A stretch of DNA of 64,000 nucleotides from Balanoglossus misakiensis (GCA_040954595.2 CM082583.2:7624849-7688848), one strand, 5' to 3'; counted from the stretch's first letter, positions 10,764 through 26,135 are shown. Program-made: numbers and translations. The notes: a model not told the origin generated them from the sequence alone.

Positions 10764-13700
10764 GTAGGCCTTTAAGAAATGTCATACATATACGCCTAAG
10801 ATAAACATAATTGACAGCACACACACATTATTGACTGCATAGACTCCCGGGAAGCGTTTAACGCCCATCGATCCGGCGCAGGTGATGAGAACGCGACCTT
10901 CTCCTCTGTCGAGGTCGCCGTCTTTGACATTTGCGCGCGGCCTTTGATGCGGACAGCGGAGACTGACCGGAGGAAAAAAATCACAGCCTGCACGCCATAG
11001 TCTGGTGTGAATATCGCTCCAAGACAATTCGAGCTTCAAACTATATTACAATGATTATCATGAAAAAATCTATTCTAAGGCTTATAGCTTCTTCATTGAT
11101 AATTTAATTTCTGAACGCTAATTGTAAATGTGTATGTCCGACTAATACCGCGTTAATGAAGCATTCATGGGGGATAAAACAAACTGGCAGGCAATAATGG
11201 TCTGGGTTGTGAATAAGTAGACATTTTAAAATGCGCGAAGCAAGTTGATAATTGAAAAATATTAAAGTAAAACATTTTTTGATCAGATCGGTAATCAGCA
11301 ATGTAAGTTTTACTTATTTGCTGAATTCATGAATGCATCGTCTTTCAAACATCGAAGCGCACCAAATGTCGAAAAAAAAACTTCGAGAAGTTGAAGTATA
11401 TTTTGGTACTAGACAATGGCCCAAGGCACGAGTTTCGCAAGTGTAAGCAGCCAGCGTGTAAATTCGGTCAAGATCGGAGATCACCGAGTCAATTATTTAA
11501 GGCGAAGGGTCGGGATTCGAAGAAACAACATTAAACTCCGTTTTATTGGACTATAAGTAAACAGTTTGCCTTGAAAGTAATAACAAAAGATGGCCGTGAA
11601 TTCTCGGCACAATGGTAGACTTTGTCGTATCCATGGTTACGGTAAACGCTGCATGCAAACATTTATGTGAACAGATCTCGTAATGCGGCCCGATGATAAG
11701 TGTCAAGAATCGCCGCGTCGCAGAACTTTGATTTAGCGTCGGTCGCCGAGATTTTTCTAACAGAGTCGGGCCATCGTATTGAAGGACAACGATAGACTCA
11801 TTTTCCCAGCGGCGGCCGTTTTGTGTTTTTGTGCGTCTCTCATTCCCATTCAACATTCATTCATCATCTACATGGGTAAACTTTCATTCTGTCACGTAGA
11901 AATGTTCACTAGCTGCTGTGCGTTCTTGAGATGTAGTACATTGAATGTTGTCGAAGCAACCTTTTGCTTCACTCTACAAACTCAACTATGACCCTCTCGC
12001 AGCATCACAGTCTCCCAGTTGGTCTAGTTTTCTTCACTTCGTTCTCTCTGGGACATACTTTCAGATGTTGAATCGTCATCATCTTGTAACCCTGTGTGCA
12101 ATTTGATAATTTCAAAATATCTCCCAATTTTGTTGTGACTATTCTTTGAATTGAACATATGAAACAATAGCGTTTTAATCAGGAACTATAGCTACATGTC
12201 CAGTTTAGTTTCTAAAAGTAAAACCATGTCAAAAACTGAAGCTCGTGTGCCTTTACATGTAAAAAGTAAATTGTGTAGAACGATGTAGAGTTCTCTTTTG
12301 CTTAGCGGGTCATAAATGACGTGGCCAAGATCAAATGCCAGCAGGGTTGCCGATCAGAGTTACCATGGCAGTGTTGATAGCCACGCCCGCGCAGTTACCC
12401 GTTGCGATAACTTTAATCGCGCTGGATTCTGTCCGCAACACGGGCGGCAACGAGAAGTATGTCACATGTGGGGAAAACCACGATGACGTGCTAGATCACA
12501 CCCTGTAAATTCACAACCATAATTTCTCCTCTGAAACATTTCATAACAGCCATAAATCGTCTGAGCATTAAAAGCGAGGACAGGCGAAAGGTTACCACAA
12601 CATCATCTTTCAGCACTCGTCCAATATATGCAATCTCATCATTTGATGTTGAGGAAGACGCGTGGAAGTCTCAGCCCATTATGGGTGAAAGTTCAATCGA
12701 TTAGTTAGGAGCCCATGCTTGACCAATTTCTTGTTGATAATTAACTTCTTGAGCACGCGTTGGAAAAATTGAAAATATCACTAAAGTCTCCGTCAAATCG
12801 AACTCGCGGTAAATTGAAATTTTGAAAGCAGTCTGATGTGCTTTGTTGTAACTACTTTGACGCTGTGCGGTTCACACAAATGCATTTGAAACGCTTCTGA
12901 AACGTCTCAGATCAGATACTGGCATGAATTAGTATGCATGCGTGAACGGTTGAAGTGGTCCCAGAACGTTAAGATTTGAGACGGCTTTTCCGGCCAGACC
13001 TGAGCTGGTTTAAAGGATTAACACCTCCCCAACACATTGTCTATGGGGCCGAGAGTCAGAATCTTTGTGGGTGTGGACACAAAGCGACTCAAAAGATTAA
13101 TCCTCTGTATTTGCAAATGGCAAATGGTGTCTCTGAAACGTGTCTAGTTTTACCCAGTGTGAACCTGGTATACGACGAGATTCAAAAAAGTTCGGTCCAG
13201 GGATTATGTTTCTCGACGTATACCGTGCAAAGCAGCTTCTTGTCGTTAGTAGGTCAATGTGTTAATTATTAGTAAAATTATAAGTAAAGTTGAGCATATA
13301 TGTAAAATGGGCCTGAAGTTTCCCCACTGTTGTAAAAAATTCAACAAACACAAATCACAAACTTGAGCATGGGTGAATTTGGTGGGAGGATATGTCGGTA
13401 GTGACTCTTATCAAAGGGTGTGTGCACAGGGTGTCTCATATTCGAAACCATGTGAAACAAGAAGAAAATATAGCTAGTTTGAAAGGCACCGCTTTAGACT
13501 GGTATATATCGGGAGATTTGGAGGAATGATACACTTTGACAGGATTTTGATCTTGCAATGACATTGGAAACAAATATCAACTCCGGGCATCGGGAATTGG
13601 ATTATGAGATGGAAAGATGACCTGGATACCAAATTCACCCGTGGCGATCTCAAAGGGTAAAACCCTTTCCATTGGCACTAAATGGATGATAAGTAGAGAC

Positions 13701-14860
13701 GAATGTTCTGGGCATTGACTTTTTTTACGGTCGACGTATAAAACGACATGGCAAGTGGGTTTGCCCAGGGGCCCGGGAAATCCTCCAAGACTCCGGAGCG
13801 AGGTCGACAAGCAAATACCAGATGTATTGCAGATAAATGTGGATAATTGCGGCAAATCATGTCTGATTCGTGGCGAGCAGCCGGCGTGGGAGACGACAGT
13901 GAAAATTGCGTGCTGTGTAGGTACAAGGGAAAAAAGGCCCAAGATTTCCGCTAAATTTCCCCCGACGACCCTCCTGGGTAAGGCGTACTTATAGGGTGTG
14001 GTTATAGAAATCCGATAATGAACGAATGTGTTGTCGCGGAGATGCGCCGAGGCAGCGAAAGCTTCCAGGGAAATTTCTCATTTCACATAAGTACAGAGGA
14101 AGGGATGGTTAGTGACAAAAAAAAAACAACCCCTAGAGAAGTAATTTCGAGGACATCATAGTTTACAGTGCACCTACGTCATGCGATAAAATGAGTTGGA
14201 AAGTACATAGGACCGGACCAACTGAGAAGATTAAAGTAATGAAGGGATCTTCAGACGTTGAGTGCGAAGCGAAGCTCGTCACCTCGTCATCGTTCATTCT
14301 AACATTCACCATCAACCGTGTTTCCCAAGCTGGCAGTTTTTGCGGTCCACGGCAAACCCTAAACCAAACAGAATTGCAAATTATACGTCCGAAGGCAGTA
14401 CCATGGCAACAGAGCATTGGCATCACTCAACTACTAGTATCGTGCATTACAGAAATGAATTCCTCAAAGTCATAATAAAATATTCAATAACTTTTATTAG
14501 TGATATTTACTGCCTGTGTGTCGTGCACATTCGTAGGATCATTTTACCCCTGTTTATTGAGATTGGGGAAGCTCTGACCGGTGATTTGATCCTGTTGTAC
14601 GCAACGGGGAATGCGCCGTGGCGCAGGGATAACACGATTGGTTTGCAATGCGGCTGAATACCAATTAAGTCACCGTGTCGCTGTGTGGCGTCACGCTTGA
14701 AATGACTACAGTGACTGCAGTGTGAGCCGGCAGTTCACCGGTTGCACTGGTCAGTTGTAGGTGTGCGAACGGCGAAGTCGATGATCCGTAGGAGACTGCG
14801 TTGTTGGCTCGTCGGGGTTTGCTCTCAGTCAGCACGTCGAAACTCAGTAGTGTGTGAATC

Positions 14861-15754
14861 ATGGCCATTTGCAGGCGATTTCTCCTCACGCTGATTCCCT
14901 ATGCCGTTCTCATCGCATGCTTGATGCAGTCCCTCTTTCTGGCTGGCGTCTCCTCCGCCTCCTCCTCCTCGGAAACATGCGACGAGGTGATGTCACTTCA
15001 CTGTCACGGAGAAGAAGGTTCCAAATACTGCAGAGAGCTCGACTTCCCGAGGAAGATGGTTGAGTTCAGTTTGAAATGCTCCATGGCCACTCAATTTGGA
15101 CAGTGCACGGCGGATTGTGAAAGCGCAGTCTCGACGGTGCTCGCCATGGGGTTCGGCTACAGGATTTTGACGTGTGACTGCGCTGAACCGGGCACCTACT
15201 TCCAGTACTACGACCACTGTGAGAATGCGCTGTCTAACGTAGATGTTTGCAGGCACGTGCTTCATAATTGGTGCGACGGCTCCGTCAGGGAATGCACGGA
15301 AGACGCCCTTTGTGCCGACGCCAAGTCGCAGTTCGAGCGGGACTGCGCCAGCTGCTCGCCGGAATGCTCCGCCAGCATACAGCGGCTTTACCGCGCCTCG
15401 ACTTCCGATCGGCTGGTGTGCGACTGCGATTACCTGTTCAACGCCAGCAGCAGCGGCGGCGGGATGTGCGAAACCAGTCGGCGGGAGATGCTGGAATGGT
15501 GCGACCGCGGGGACGTGACGACCGGGGCGTCGCCCTCCGAAGAGGGGGAGACTCCCACCGGGGCGGAGAACAGTCCCTCGGATCCAGAAACAACGCGACT
15601 GACGTCAAAGTTTAAGAACGAGTCTCGAGCATCAACGCAGTCGATTGATGTTGGCGACGGAGCCTCCGGTCTGCATCCTTTGAAACCGTTCACTCTCACC
15701 GTGGTGTGTTTCCATATCATCATGATGCTACCATCACTTCAGCTCCTTGTCTAG
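14861..15754 (+). CDS. GAS1-like (GDNF receptor alpha/GAS1 domain family) putative GPI-anchored cell-surface protein, intronless CDS, 297 aa
   Basis: Hydrophobic signal peptide followed by two Cys-rich helical repeats with GFRalpha/GAS1 spacing (C..C..C..C..CT/CS..C..CDC..C..C, e.g. CTADCESAV..LTCDC and CSPECSASI..LVCDC). Then an S/T/P/E-rich linker and a C-terminal hydrophobic tail after small residues (GDGASG...FTLTVVCFHIIMMLPSLQLLV) with no cytoplasmic tail. Two domains and a single coding exon match vertebrate GAS1 organisation; orthology is not proven. Confidence 0.8.
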   Translation: MAICRRFLLTLIPYAVLIACLMQSLFLAGVSSASSSSETCDEVMSLHCHGEEGSKYCRELDFPRKMVEFSLKCSMATQFGQCTADCESAVSTVLAMGFGYRILTCDCAEPGTYFQYYDHCENALSNVDVCRHVLHNWCDGSVRECTEDALCADAKSQFERDCASCSPECSASIQRLYRASTSDRLVCDCDYLFNASSSGGGMCETSRREMLEWCDRGDVTTGASPSEEGETPTGAENSPSDPETTRLTSKFKNESRASTQSIDVGDGASGLHPLKPFTLTVVCFHIIMMLPSLQLLV

Positions 15755-18700
15755 ACGGGCACCCCGTCACAAACAAGCAATCACTGTGATCGCGTACCGT
15801 ACCTGCCCGTGACTCGCGATCAAAGTGCCCGGCGACTGACGGCGCATTCCAACATGTGTGCGCCTGTGTAAAAAGGATATACTTAATAAAGAGAAAGGAA
15901 ACTAGGCAGAAATGGTTTATTCGTCTCGGACATGAGGTCATCTCAAGGACGAGGAACCCAGTCGGTAAATACAAGCTTGTATTTTGCAAGGTTGGGGTTT
16001 AATTCGCATGCATGCGAAGTCGAACAGGAACAGTTTGGCACGATCGTCGCTGTAGCGTAGACCACGCGGCACCACAACGAACATTAGGATAATGTCTCGA
16101 CGAGGTGAAGGGATTGGTACATTCGGAATCCATCAACGCGATTTTTCATTTTATAATAGACGATTTTGTCGAGGCGAGCACCATTTCATCTGTTTGTAGG
16201 CAAGATAAATGCTAAGATGTATTGTGTAGTACCTGTTATATCCCAGAATGTTGAGTCGATGTAACATCATCTAGTGTTAGCTGGGCCGTTCTCATGAAGG
16301 GTTTTAGGAAGATAAACAGGCGTTTCTTTGGAATTATAGTGTAGGATTCCGTACGCGTCACTAACGCTGTATTCAACTCGTAGTTGCAGAACGACCTTTT
16401 CAGGTGTTGCAAGTAATTGAACTTCACCACGACGAGATTCTGTACATGTAGGAACACTCTGCCGACGGTACCGCATTGTGTATATGATGTGTTTCTGTGG
16501 GGGTGGGGTGTACTCGCACGCGCGCGGTGTACCAGTGCGTCTCGAACGTATCATAACCCCGCACTCTTAGCTATAAATGTGAATAATCGGTCATATATTA
16601 TTATATATGGGTGTATGACAGCAACCATTGTTATCCCAGACCACTATATCAAATGACCCAGAGTTGGATCGTCTATACTAATTCATCGGCGTCACTGTAA
16701 CTTTCTAGTAACTTAAATGCATAAACTGAATATTATGGTTATGAATGATTCCCCCTCCCTCCATTCGCCAGACTCTGAACAGCAATTGCTCAATGGGCAT
16801 TTTCCAAAAAGCAACATGACATCTACGACTTTGCCGCTGGTTTGAGACCTGCTTCAGTATTAATGATGGCTATTATGGTATTATGGGACAAAATTTATCA
16901 CTTCGCGATTGTGAAGGGGGCTACTCCCAGAGGAATATCCAACAAAACATGATAATAGTGTATATAAATATGTAATTGTACATATGTATTTTTAAGGGTG
17001 AAGTGTTTCTTTTGTTATCGAAGGCACATTTAATTTTCTGTTTAGACTGCTGATGGAATCATGTAGGTTTGAATCAGAACTTGGGCGCTTACATACTCAA
17101 GCGGTCACGCATTTTTGGCAGGACATGATATTAATACATGTACTTTGAATCCATTTTGTAGCTTTTGTCCGAATTTATATTTTGTCATTTTTGGTTTGAA
17201 TATGAATACAGATATTTCTAGCTCTTTACTGTGTCGTAATGGTATGAAAGTTATCGCTTTTTATGTGAGAGCTGGTCCGGTCGGCATTTTGACATTTATG
17301 CTTTATTAAATATCTTTATTCGACCAACCAACCAGGCAGATAGACAGACAGACAAACAAACAGACAAAAACGTCTTAACTTGTAGCTATGTTAGTCGCGA
17401 ACAAACAAGAAATTAACATTCGAAATCTGGACTCATTGTGATCTGACTTTTAAAATAGATTTGAAAGTTATGACCCACTCTGCTCTGAGTAATTTGTAAA
17501 TCAGAGCAAGAAATTGGTACACGATCTGCCGGTGTTCAAATTGTCGCTTTTATGTTTTATCGCCGCGTTCGACGCATTTCAGCAAACTCTTTAAAAATGC
17601 GGCATTTATTCATCTACAGCAGCGAGGACTCGCGGCGGGGCGATCCCTCGCTAACGGCTTTCTTATTCTAAAATGACGTACGACTGTACTTAAATACGCT
17701 GCAGCAGGCCACCTTTCAATGCGCCGACCCTGGGAGAGGTCGAAACGTTAATTTACCGGGGACGCGGGCAAGTATGCCGTAATTGGTGTTACGCTCAACG
17801 TTATTATAAATGTACGCTGTTGAAGCCATTTGCGTGAATGCGAAGGCGTGTGACGTAGTGATACCCCCATCACCGGACCGTACCATAATATATATTAATT
17901 TATCTCGGAGCACAGCCCGCTTGCTCCGACACTTCACGTCGCCGCCATTTCAGTCCTGATCTCCGCGTCGTTATAAAGCACTCACGTCTTCATTTCTACC
18001 TCGCCGGATTAAACACAGTCGTCTGAACAATGTAGTAACCACAGGATCTTGGTTGAACGTCAGCGACATAGCGTTCGTTTCATGTTATTCAATGAACTGC
18101 TTTATTACAATATTTCACACACCGTCACAGCGATACGTAGTTTCCCCTTAGATTTCCTGCCTTCGATATGGGCTAGGCACAAACAAGAAATTCCTTCCCC
18201 AAAAACATCAACACTTTTAAAGGTATGTTTTCTTCTGGCCCCTCTTATACTCTCAAACGAATTAACCATCATTGGACTGCACGGGTCGTAACATGCGTCA
18301 CGACTTTAAGTGAAGTGAAGTGAACGAAGATCGATAATCCATATTAGATCAATCAAAACGAACATGATTGGATACCCTATCTATATTAAAATGAACCATC
18401 ATTCTACTTTTAAAGCAAATTCATCAAACGTTAAACGAACCCTAACGATCACGCATGCGTTGCAATAGACCCATTTCACCATGATATAGGCATCTTAATA
18501 TGGTTTCATGGGTTATGTATTTTTTATCATAAAGTTTACTATTCTTTTATTATGAAAGATGTTTATGTTTCATGCATCATGTAAGGCGCACGAAGGTTTA
18601 AACTTGAGTACATACAACCACTGGGCGAATCCAGTGACTCTCACACGAGAGTATGTACTGAACATCGGCGTCATCTGCGGGGGGGGGGGAGATTATATGG

Positions 18701-20705
18701 AAAGGACGTAGACAGCAGAGTCAGATTGTTTGACAGCCAGGTAGAGTGAGAGAGACAGACGGAGAGATCTAGACAGGGCCACTTCAGCTCCGTGGCTTGG
18801 AATCCCGGCGACGAGAGCAACAGTCACTAATTGGCCTACGTGCGCATGTTAGCGTTGAACTATATATGCAGCCATAGCCTCTTCTGTCTATGATGCAGCG
18901 GACTGTGTTGGCTCACGTCAGCCAATATACTTGGTTCGTTTTTAACGGCATATATATACGCGGCATGGACGAGAAACGTGGCGAAGTGTTGGCGTGGAGT
19001 GTTTAAGCGATATGACATTTGGTAATTCCGTCGATAAACTCAGTTTGAAGTCTAATTAATTTGATTTACGTCAACGACTGAAAGGCAGTTTGGATGTTCC
19101 TTGATCACACCCAAACGGATTATAGCTATTCAGCGCTTTATTCAGGTTGTCAAGTCAGACGTGTATATCCTTGCATTTTCTGGTGGTTAATATACTTTGT
19201 GGAAATGCTGGAAAAAAAGTGGACCCCGGCTACCTGACATTCGCAAAGCTGACATCGTAGCCCACCAATACAATAACCAGGCGTCCATGCGTTAAATGTC
19301 ATTGAGCAGTTCTGAATTGAGCTTTCCTCAAATCATGCCTTCAAGAGCAGCGCCGGTGACAAACTAGGAATTTTCTCTCTCCAATTCATGATCTGATTGG
19401 CCAACATTCATCAAAGTGCCATTAAGAAGAATAGCAGTGACGTCTGTTGCTCTCATAAATCAAGAACATTTTAATACACCGGTGTCACGATATGTAAAAT
19501 CACTTAAAAGAGGCCCGCAAACCTTTCATCTGAGCGTAGGCTGGGCATTGTCAATAACCGGCCTAGCGTTCCAATCGACACAAGTGCCTAGAATTGTGCG
19601 GGCTAATTAGCGCGCAAATGACGAAATTTATCGCACGCTGTGTTGTAATTTACACCAGCAGTGACATGTCATGCAATATGCCTTTTATTTGACGGGTATA
19701 TTTCACGACGTACTTATTTATTGGCGGTGTTGATAACACGAAAGTGTCTTTCAACCACATCTCACCCGTCAGCCGCGTCCCCTTTCAAAAGAGACGGTAG
19801 CTGTAATTTTTGATGGTTTGTATTGTTCAAGCTTGCAGTGAAAACCCAGCGCATGGATTGCCGATACAACCTCTGTATGTGCGTTTTTTTTCTTTTAAGC
19901 TAACTCTGCTGACATTTAAAGCTTTGTACCGACACAAAATCACTCGGCATGCGACAACAGCCTTGTTTTCCAAAGAAGCAATCAAACGATGACGACGACG
20001 GCGTGATGGTTGGGTCGGGACTTTGGCGATGACCGATGGTTAAAATGATGACGATTTATGGCTGGCATATAAACTTTTAATGAACCAATTCTGTAGCACG
20101 GCTCCATTGCGGCGACCGGCGTGACGGTGAGCGCTCAGATACTTAAATGCGAAACGTGGCATTTGATTTAATTTGCCGGATTATCGTCAGTAATACATTT
20201 GCCAGATAGCGCTGCTGCACGAGTCAAAATGAGAATGTCGACGATTTGACCAAGCTCACGAATGTTCAGACCACCAATGGTCTCGCTTTTCCGCCGACTG
20301 CGCGTCTCCCTCTGGCGATGGCGAGATGGGTACTCCAGACAAAATGCTGCGGTTCAATTACTGCTTTGCAATCAATCTTTTATCCCCTATAGTTGTAGGT
20401 CTGTCTAAAGAAAGGTTAAAACACCGGATTAACCGGGGAAATTTATCTAACTTAGACAGTATACGAATTGGCGGCAGTGCTTGTCTTTGGTTATTGTTGG
20501 AAATCTATCTCGGTCGGTCGACAGATCCCGCTAAAACACCTGAAGATTATTCAACGATCGATCTAAAGTTGTCCGCTTTTGCTGCTGTGGCACATTTCAC
20601 TTCTCTCGCCGAAGCTCCTCAGTCTAGTCACAGTCTGTGGTCTAGTTAAGTGTATAAAGGTTTCCTTGGATGCGCCCCTTCCCCACCCCCTCGTCGTCGT
20701 CGTCG

Positions 20706-20810
<105 letters not shown>

Positions 20811-23800
20811 ACATCGTCGCCGCCCCCGCCATCACCGAGAACGATCATTGACAGCTGCATGTTCGCGAATGTCAACCATCAATTTTATTGTATTGGTATT
20901 GAAATCAATTAAGGTTTTCTCTGACGGTATCGTAGATTACGCGTGAAGTGAAAGGAGTTTGGAGGTCCATGCTGAGTTCCGATTGTTATCCAAATAACTT
21001 GGATTGTCAAGGGCATTGTAAATTCATTGAAATACACGCATCATTCCCAGGATGTTTATAGTCAATCGAAAGGCGATATAAGCACGTTTTAGAGACAGGT
21101 TCCCAGGCTTAGAGACATTTGCAGCGATAATTTGGCGGAGTGAATTGTCAAATGGCTCCCTAAAGGCCAAGGAGGTGTATACAACACCCAAACCTGTGAT
21201 ATTCCATCTCAATTAGACAATGAAGTCACGTCCCGAGATCACTTTCCCTGTCTAAATCGCCGGAAATTAGCACATCAACAGACCGCCATAGCCGGAGGGC
21301 TGAGCCCGGGAAGTTTTTTTTCTTCCAGGCGGCGAATGTGTCCGTGCGGAACTTTTCTTTCTGCGAGACTGTCAAACGAGACGGTATCGCGACGATTTTC
21401 CGAGGTTGTGCATGTCGTCGAACCAGCTGCGTGTCTGCAGTTTGCATTTTGGCGACTTTCACTCACGAAGCAGACCGTTATCGTTTCTCTGGTGCCGTTG
21501 CTGCGTCACGATGCGCATTACACTCGACCCGTATCCACGGTTACGGGATATCCATCGCGTGCAAATTTCTATAATGGCTGCGGGTCACTGTTACTTGACG
21601 ATGGTTTAGACTCCATTCAGTTTATCCTTCTGGCAAACACACGCATGAAACAGCTTCAACATATATATCTAACTCTATACTTGTTTCTTGTCTTGAACTG
21701 AACATTTTTAGTTTTGCAGAAGAAAGCCATATACGTGAGATTGAAAATAGCTGTTATACGGAAAAAAATGCTAGTCTTTCGAAGAATGGAAATTTGTATG
21801 TCTTCTTGCGATGTGGAGGGACCATAGTCTTCTTCATGACATAATGGGTGTCCTTTGTATTTTCTTTCTTTCGTTTTGGATGTGAAGTGCTGTGGTTTGC
21901 CTGTTTCAGGTGTGCTGAAAGTAACTGACCAAGTTTTATTCACCGTAACATTGGTGTATTTAAATATTCATAAGCAAACGCATAATTGGAATTAGCCAAT
22001 TATTGATTGTTTCACAAAGTGTCGTTACTTAGCATTTAAAATGCGTAGTTTAGAGGAAGCGAGTTAACGAAAATTGCGTGGTCATCAGAAAAAGTAATCC
22101 AATACAGACTATATTAAACGGTCACAAGTTATCGCTATTCCCCGTTAACGTCTTCGTATAATACCCGATATTCTTGTTTGAATTATAACGATCCAGTGGG
22201 AGTTAATTCCTTGCTTGGAATGGCCAATCTTTACACATTTCCCCGTACCTGGATGTTTGTCGGTGAACAGTCTCGAGTAGAATTCACGATTGATGTGTAC
22301 GCACTCGACCCGTGAAATTTTGATCAAGCTACTTCCATGTCCATTACGCAGTCGATTTTCAACTCTGATCTTAATCTGAAGCCCAGACGTCTTATTCTAG
22401 TGAGTAAAACGCTCACTGTAATATGGCCTGTGAATTTCTGGGTCACCCGAGCAATTTTATTGTACGAATCCAAAGAGGTTTTCCTCACAAATCGGATAGA
22501 AATTGATGTGAGCAGACGACGAGCGCAGTGCCGCACGCCCCTCCTTCAAGATATTCCGTCACGGCCGGTGTGAGATAAAACAATGGCGCAAGAAAACATC
22601 GGCGTACGAATTTTCACTCATTAAATTCACTACGCTGTGCGCCTGTTCGAACACTTTGGGCCCCTTGACGATTTCAACAGCACTTGGAACCGAGAAGATG
22701 TTCAAGAAATATTTTCCAATGAATTGTTAATGCAGCCACTCCATGTTTAAGATGGAGCGACTCAAAGCGCAGACTCACAAAGGACAGTGCAGGAATTCAC
22801 GGCGATCGATTTTACATTTTGAAAATCCGGAGAAATAAACGATAACCAGAAAACACCTAGCCTCGGGGAAATCACCCTCCCGTCACGACTCAGTTTTCAA
22901 ATCTACAGAAATGTTTCAAGGTGTGCGGAGATCGGTATTAATTCCGCCAATATAACAATTCCAATACACGCTGTGGCTTGTTATATTGTCGAAGTTAGTT
23001 ATTTCAAAAACACAAAAAAGAAACAATTTTATTTGTGTTCATTTCAAAGCGTGTTTGAGAGAATATATTTCTGGTCCAGGCTAATCGGTTCCAGCTTGAT
23101 TGTCACGAACACATTTACATGTACTTGATAAAATAGCCCAGCTAACAAAAACTGTTATTTTTTGGTATAAATCCCAACATCAGATCCAGTCAGCCTATAA
23201 GAACAAGATAAGTCTTCTGTTACACCAGTCCTGTGGTTGAAAAGACCAACACTCTCTGGGATCCATATGAGCAAATTGATATTTAGATCGCCCCGAAACT
23301 TTAAAACACGCGTGGTTCGCTATATATGCAACAGGTATCGCAATTGATACCGCGAAAAAAAGTATTGACCCGTTTTCCTTCATTCACTGCTTGCGCACAC
23401 TAGGCCATAGGGTGCTGTATCAAACGTCGGCAATCACACTTGGCCCCTGGACCCGGCCCGTGTACAGTAGTGGAATGCCGTCCATTGCTTTAATACGCAA
23501 ACAGGTGCAGTCACACGGCAATGCAGTCCCGGCTTGCTGGCGGTGTTCTCGTGGTCTCTCGCTAATCATGCAAATGTGCGCGATTACAGATTGACCTTTT
23601 GTAGCTGTAGACATAGATGTCCCCGAGTAACACACATGGTTCTAATTATGAAACACGTCACTTGTCGGAGCTCCGCTGATTGTTTTCCAGCCGTTTTGAC
23701 ATTTTGCTGAACGTTCATGTGAAAATGTCAACCGCGTTCGCTCTTAAACCATGTACGACTTAATCGCCATCCCCGCTACTATAAACAAGTTCGACCGGGG

Positions 23801-26034
23801 GCGTTTTTTTTAATTTGCCTGGTTTTCAGTTTTGTCATTTACACAATAATCTCAAATATTGATATAAGTAAAACAAAATGTTTAGGGAGATAGGTATTGA
23901 GTAAAGTCGTACCGGTCCGGCAAATTCATTTCGACAGACCAATTTAGACCGAGAATGCAATAAATCGTATTTACAGCAAAGCCAACCACCGTAAAATTTG
24001 ATGAATCTTAAAATGTGCGCGGATCGATATATCAACTAATGAGGCAAATTAATAACGGTTGTGCGCACAGGAATGGTGTGGCGTAGGGATTTTGCTCCCC
24101 GATAGCTTCACGCTGTGCGTTGAAACGGAAAGAACTACCGGATCGCTTTCAGGGAATTCCTTCCTCCACAAACAGGCAAAAGACAGAGATCGTGAATACG
24201 CTGGAAAAAAATGTCAAAGTAATTTTCTAACGCATCGCGTTTTCGAATGTATTACTTTGAATTTTCCCTTCCACTGCCAAATGACGTTTTATACCACGTG
24301 ACGCGCTGGACGTACTACGTCACGGGCCCGGCCAGACGCGGAATATCGAAGGCTTTTTTTGCGAGAATTGCGGGGTGACACAGGAGAGGAAATAAGGATG
24401 ATAAAGATCGTTAATCGACATGCTGTCATGAAGTAGCTTATAGCCCACAGGATTGCCCTAACCTACCAGTGATCGTATCTCGATCGGGTGCAACGCGATT
24501 ACCTTGGAATTATAGAAAATACAAGCGGAAACACAGACCCTTCGCTGAACATAATAATCGTATAAACACTTTTCATTTTTTTCGACGCAGCGTCACAAAT
24601 ATTATTTTGAGACAAAATAAAGGCGGATAAAAATGTCTCCTATCATATACAAATTTTGCGAAGACTGATTCGACGCTTTAGTTCTGCGATCGTTTGATGT
24701 TTAATGTTTTGTTGTGTGGCATCAGCTGGCTGACTCGTGCCCCGAAACAATCAAATAGCCGGTTGTCAAGGCAACGGCGCACGGCATAAAACGAGTTCAC
24801 GGATTTTAACAGGTTCAACTGGCGACGATGTATGGAGTAGGTAGACCGTACTTTGGGAGCAATAAAATCAATATTTTAACGATGGTGGTGCGATTACCTC
24901 TATCGCGTACAAAGTTGACATTAATATTGTGTACATATTTCACGTCGCTTTGGTATCATATAAATATGGCTCTGAATTGGAGAAACACCATAAAAATCAC
25001 AGAACCTGTATTTCAGAGCCTTTACATTTAAAATCGTACTATAAAATATACTTAGATTATAGTTCAAGCACAAATTATCGCAACGTGTAAAACATTGTCG
25101 CACGCAATTTAAGAATTAGAATTTACAACCAACTCCTCGTGGAAAACAGCTCACGCTATCTCAAAAGTAAATACATGTATCTCTAAAAAATGTATCGGCA
25201 AACGTAACAATTTTGTCGGGGGTTGGGGGGAGTAGCCGGAAAGTTTACGCATTTTCTTCATGTCGACCAGACCGACACGAGGCGTGTTTTAGCCGGCAGT
25301 ATTTCAAGGCGCACACGCACGTCACAAGGTGTGCGTCAGCGACGCCGTCGATGAAAAGAACGATCAATCCATCTCGCCGCTGTTTCTTACGTCATCGCCC
25401 AGTACCGTTTCGTGACGGGACCTGGGTAAATGATAGGGACAGCATCCTGTCAATAGCGCGTGAATCGTTATAGGATTAGAATCCTTCAACTAACGTCGTC
25501 AATTATTGTGGAATCCTTGTGTATCTCATTTTCGGGTTCTTGTTATTCCCCCCCCCCCATACGAATTCCAATTATTTTGACCTGAAATGGCCAGGCGAAG
25601 AATATAGTTAGTAAGTTTTGTACAAAAAAGCCTCGACACTTCAGTCAATTAAATTCATCGACATGGTTTTCTTAGTTCGCATTAACACCGCTTCTTTAAC
25701 TTCTGCTCCACGAAGCAGCAAGTCTTATGCCGTCATCATGAAAGAGGATTAAATCGTCGCAAATGTCACGGTGTCGTTTCTCTCTTGGCAAAAGACATGT
25801 TTTGGAGAGAGAAAAAATGCAAGAGCCTTTACTGTGATCGAGTTTCCTAGACAGAAGTCATCGGGGAAATCATTCTGGGAAGAATTAGAGAGGGTTGGGC
25901 CGGAGGATTTTTCAATGTTTCTATCAGAAAGTGATCTTTATCAGTGTTGTTGGACTAGTACATGTAGGCCTATGTGCACCATCTCATTCTACCCAAGTCC
26001 TTGCATGTACGAATACCCCCTCCCTCCCTGCCCG

Positions 26035-26135
<101 letters not shown>

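Noticed and set aside
11508-11526. TTCGAATCCC (minus strand), tRNA T-loop/B-box-like
   Set aside because: No cloverleaf or A-box could be built around it.
14854-15723. Alternative-frame and antisense ORFs overlapping the GAS1-like CDS
   Set aside because: Expected by-products of GC-rich coding sequence.
20484-20500. TCTTTGGTTAT, matching the 5' half of miR-9
   Set aside because: The match stops after 11 nt and no hairpin partner is visible.
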